Of a stretch of 64,000 nt of DNA, positions 61,461 through 64,000 are shown piece after piece (the stretch's first letter is position 1; each line of letters begins with the position of its first letter). A program made the position numbers and the translations under genes. The stretch is from an uncultured Myxococcales bacterium (GTDB taxonomy: Bacteria > Myxococcota_A > UBA9042 > CAIXZC01): positions 51,902 through 115,901 of the forward strand of contig CAITUV010000063.1 in assembly GCA_903895725.1 (NCBI GenBank). The letters are read 5' to 3'. The notes below the pieces were generated by a model. The model saw only the letters and a list, made by a program, of their open reading frames with translations, did not search any database and was not told the DNA's origin.

Positions 61461-64000
61461 ATGAAGAACAACGGTCTGCAGATTGGGCGTCTCTGCCTTG
61501 CGCTCGGGGTGCTGGTGATCGGGTCCGTGACGGGAGCTCTGTCGGCCTGCTCCGAGGGGGAACCGGCCGGCAAGGGGATACTCCCCCAGGGCCTGGAGGA
61601 GGCGGCTCCCGAAGTCCGCTTCCAGGAGTCGGACCTCGGCTGGGCCCCGGACATCGTGGAGGAGGCGGACCTGCTCTCGGGGAGCGCCGAGGTGGAGGCG
61701 ATGGGGTGCACTTCGGACGACGAGTGCGATTCCGGCCTGTGCCTCGAGGGGGCGGCCGGGAGGGAGTGTGCCCGGGTATGCGGGAGCGACGGCTGCCCCG
61801 AGGGGTTCGCGTGCAGCGGACTGAGCGTGGCGGGGCCGGACCCCATGTCGATCTGTCTGCCCGACGTCATTCCGTTCTGTCGCCCGTGTACGGACGACGC
61901 GGACTGCATCCGGTACCCGCTCGATACCGAGAGCTTCTGCCGATCGAGCGGTGCGGAGGGGGCGTTCTGCACCACCTCCTGCTCCGAGGACAGGCCCTGC
62001 CCGGACGGCCACGAGTGCGGTCCGGAGGGGCATTGCGTCCAGTTGGAGCCGTGTGACTGCACGCAGCCTGCTTCGAACATCGGCTACTCGACCTTCTGCC
62101 AGGTGGGAAACCAGGCCGGCCTGTGCGAGGGGGAGCGGTGGTGCTCCGCCCAGGGGCTGACTGAATGCGATGCCCCGGTTCCTGCCAAGGAGGAGTGCGA
62201 CCTGGCGGACAATGACTGCGACGGAGCCGTCGACGAGGACGTTCCCGTCCTGCCCTGCCAGAAGGCCAGTCCGCACGGCGTGTGCGACGGCAGCACGTCC
62301 TGCGAGGGGGGGCAGACCGTGTGCAAGGCGATGGAGCCGTCCCCCGAGAGCTGCGACGGAGCGGACGACGACTGCGACGGGGAGATCGACGAAGCGGGGG
62401 CCGCAGGCTGCTCGACCTCGTTCCTCGATGCCGACGGGGACGGTTTCGGCAGCACGCAGGCAATCTGCACGTGCTCGCCCCAGCCGGGGTACGTGGGCAA
62501 CTCCCTCGACTGCAACGACCAGGACCTCGAGCAGTCGCCGGCCGGAATCGAAATGTGCGACGGCAAGGACAACAACTGCGATTCCGTGGTGGACGAGATG
62601 TGTGATCTGGACGGGGATGGCTATTGCGGTCAACCGTTCACGGTCTTTGGTCCTGGATACGTCTGCGTCTTTGGGAGCCTGGACTGCAACGACCTGGAGC
62701 ATTCGATCCACCCGGATGCGGTCGAGCTGTGCGATGCCGTCGACAACGACTGCGACCTGGAGAAGGACGAGGGGTGCGATCTGGACGGGGACGGCTACTG
62801 CGGCAAGGTGGCGCTCGTATCCGGGGAGGCCCTGGTGTGCCAGCATGCGGCCATCGACTGCAACGACCAGGATGCCGAGGTGCATCCGGACGCGGCGGAG
62901 CCGTGCAACTTCGTGGACGACGACTGCGACGGGAAGAAGGACGAGTTGTGTGACCTGGACGGGGACGGCTGGTGCGCCGGGGTCATGCCCATGGAGGTCA
63001 AGGGGTGCAAGGGGCTGAGCGGGCCGGCCGTTGCACTGTGCGCCAAGCAGTTCCAGGACCAGGTCTGCCCGGAAGGCTTTGCGGACTGCGACGATGCGGA
63101 TGCCACGGCCCACCCCATGGCCGCAGAGGTGTGTGACGACCACGACAACGACTGCGATGCCTCCGTGGACGAGGGGTTGGATCAGGACGACGACGGCTGG
63201 TGCACGGTCCAGTCCGACGTGGGGAAGGGGTGCCTGGCCTGTCCCAAGGGGACGACCGACTGCAAGGATGACTCGGCCTCCGTTCACCCGGGGGGGGAGG
63301 ACGTGCCGGACGGGGCGGCCCTGGATTCCAACTGTGACGGCATCGACGGGGATGCGGCGACGTGCATCTTCGTGGACGGAGTCGGGGGCAGCGACAGCCT
63401 CCCCGGGACGCCGAAACAGCCCAAGGCAAGTCTGAAGGGGGCGGTTGCCGAGGCGGCGGGCAAGCCGTGGCGCAACTGCATTCTGCTGTCGAAAACCCCG
63501 GTGGCCGCAACCGGGTTCGTGCTGCCTTCGGGCATTTCGCTGTGGGGCGGGTACGACGCCAAGGCCGGCTGGAGCATTCCGGGACCCACGAGTCGGACCA
63601 CGTTCCAGGGGGGAAGCACGGCGATCCTGGTCGAGAACAGCCAGAAGAGCACGTCCGTGGGGCGGCTGCTGGTGAAGGCCGCCGACGGCGGGGCGGGCAA
63701 GGGGGCTTCGGGGAGCGGGGCCGACTCCATCGGCATTCTGGTGCGCAACAGCACGAACCTGTTGCTGGAGGCCGTCGAGGTGCAGGCCGGTGCGGGCGGT
63801 GCGGGAGTCGACGGCCTCCCCGGCGCCGCGGGGTCTGCCGGCAAGCAGGGAGAGGCCGGGCCGGGCTGGTGCGAGCCTTACTGCCTCGTGGGCAATGCCA
63901 AGTGCGATCCGATCGCCCTGGGGGGCAAGGGGGCGGGCAAGCTGACGTGCGGCGGAGGCGGCGGACGAAATCAGGCGTGGAGCCCGGCGGCCTCGGAGTG
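61461..64000 (+). CDS. Large Cys-rich surface lipoprotein with MopE-type repeats, paralogue of 19639-22803; runs off the window end
   Basis: AGGAGGGG RBS; lipobox LSAC; EECDLADNDCDGAVDE, CDGKDNNCD, DSNCDGIDG..IFVDGVGGSDSLPGT; frame spot-checked and absent from the ORF track because it has no stop. Confidence 0.85.
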   Translation, partial: MKNNGLQIGRLCLALGVLVIGSVTGALSACSEGEPAGKGILPQGLEEAAPEVRFQESDLGWAPDIVEEADLLSGSAEVEAMGCTSDDECDSGLCLEGAAGRECARVCGSDGCPEGFACSGLSVAGPDPMSICLPDVIPFCRPCTDDADCIRYPLDTESFCRSSGAEGAFCTTSCSEDRPCPDGHECGPEGHCVQLEPCDCTQPASNIGYSTFCQVGNQAGLCEGERWCSAQGLTECDAPVPAKEECDLADNDCDGAVDEDVPVLPCQKASPHGVCDGSTSCEGGQTVCKAMEPSPESCDGADDDCDGEIDEAGAAGCSTSFLDADGDGFGSTQAICTCSPQPGYVGNSLDCNDQDLEQSPAGIEMCDGKDNNCDSVVDEMCDLDGDGYCGQPFTVFGPGYVCVFGSLDCNDLEHSIHPDAVELCDAVDNDCDLEKDEGCDLDGDGYCGKVALVSGEALVCQHAAIDCNDQDAEVHPDAAEPCNFVDDDCDGKKDELCDLDGDGWCAGVMPMEVKGCKGLSGPAVALCAKQFQDQVCPEGFADCDDADATAHPMAAEVCDDHDNDCDASVDEGLDQDDDGWCTVQSDVGKGCLACPKGTTDCKDDSASVHPGGEDVPDGAALDSNCDGIDGDAATCIFVDGVGGSDSLPGTPKQPKASLKGAVAEAAGKPWRNCILLSKTPVAATGFVLPSGISLWGGYDAKAGWSIPGPTSRTTFQGGSTAILVENSQKSTSVGRLLVKAADGGAGKGASGSGADSIGILVRNSTNLLLEAVEVQAGAGGAGVDGLPGAAGSAGKQGEAGPGWCEPYCLVGNAKCDPIALGGKGAGKLTCGGGGGRNQAWSPAASE

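Overview
High-GC bacterial chromosome segment, almost certainly Myxococcota or a related deltaproteobacterial lineage: it carries Glt gliding-complex homologues, an FHA-sigma54 activator, MopE-type Cys-rich lipoproteins and a MYXO-CTERM-like sorting signal. About 45 CDSs are supportable. Housekeeping genes (cmk-era-der, grpE, csp, usp, a UvrD/Rep helicase, HIT, argR, xseA, thrC, recO, a three-gene SurA/PpiC foldase operon) are interspersed with many uncharacterised envelope or surface proteins. No rRNA, tRNA, CRISPR array, transposase or phage gene was recognised. The best leads are: (1) sharply bounded 50-180 bp islands inside GC-rich genes where codons switch to A/T endings while the reading frame and family-typical protein are kept (59586-59702, 48062-48235, 25420-25473, weaker at 55694-56340); (2) a 1471-aa ORF that looks like two exported proteins in one reading frame, joined by an in-frame 51-bp palindromic repeat; (3) a contiguous gltC-D-E-F-G-like operon whose GltG carries an extra two-helix hairpin with acidic residues; (4) a mirror-symmetric repeat complex between convergent thrC and recO; (5) a membrane protein with eight T-x-x-(Y/F/A) motifs that may dock FHA domains. 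All family assignments come from motif recognition by eye, with no database search. Start codons were adjusted from the ORF track where an RBS or signal peptide indicated a later start.
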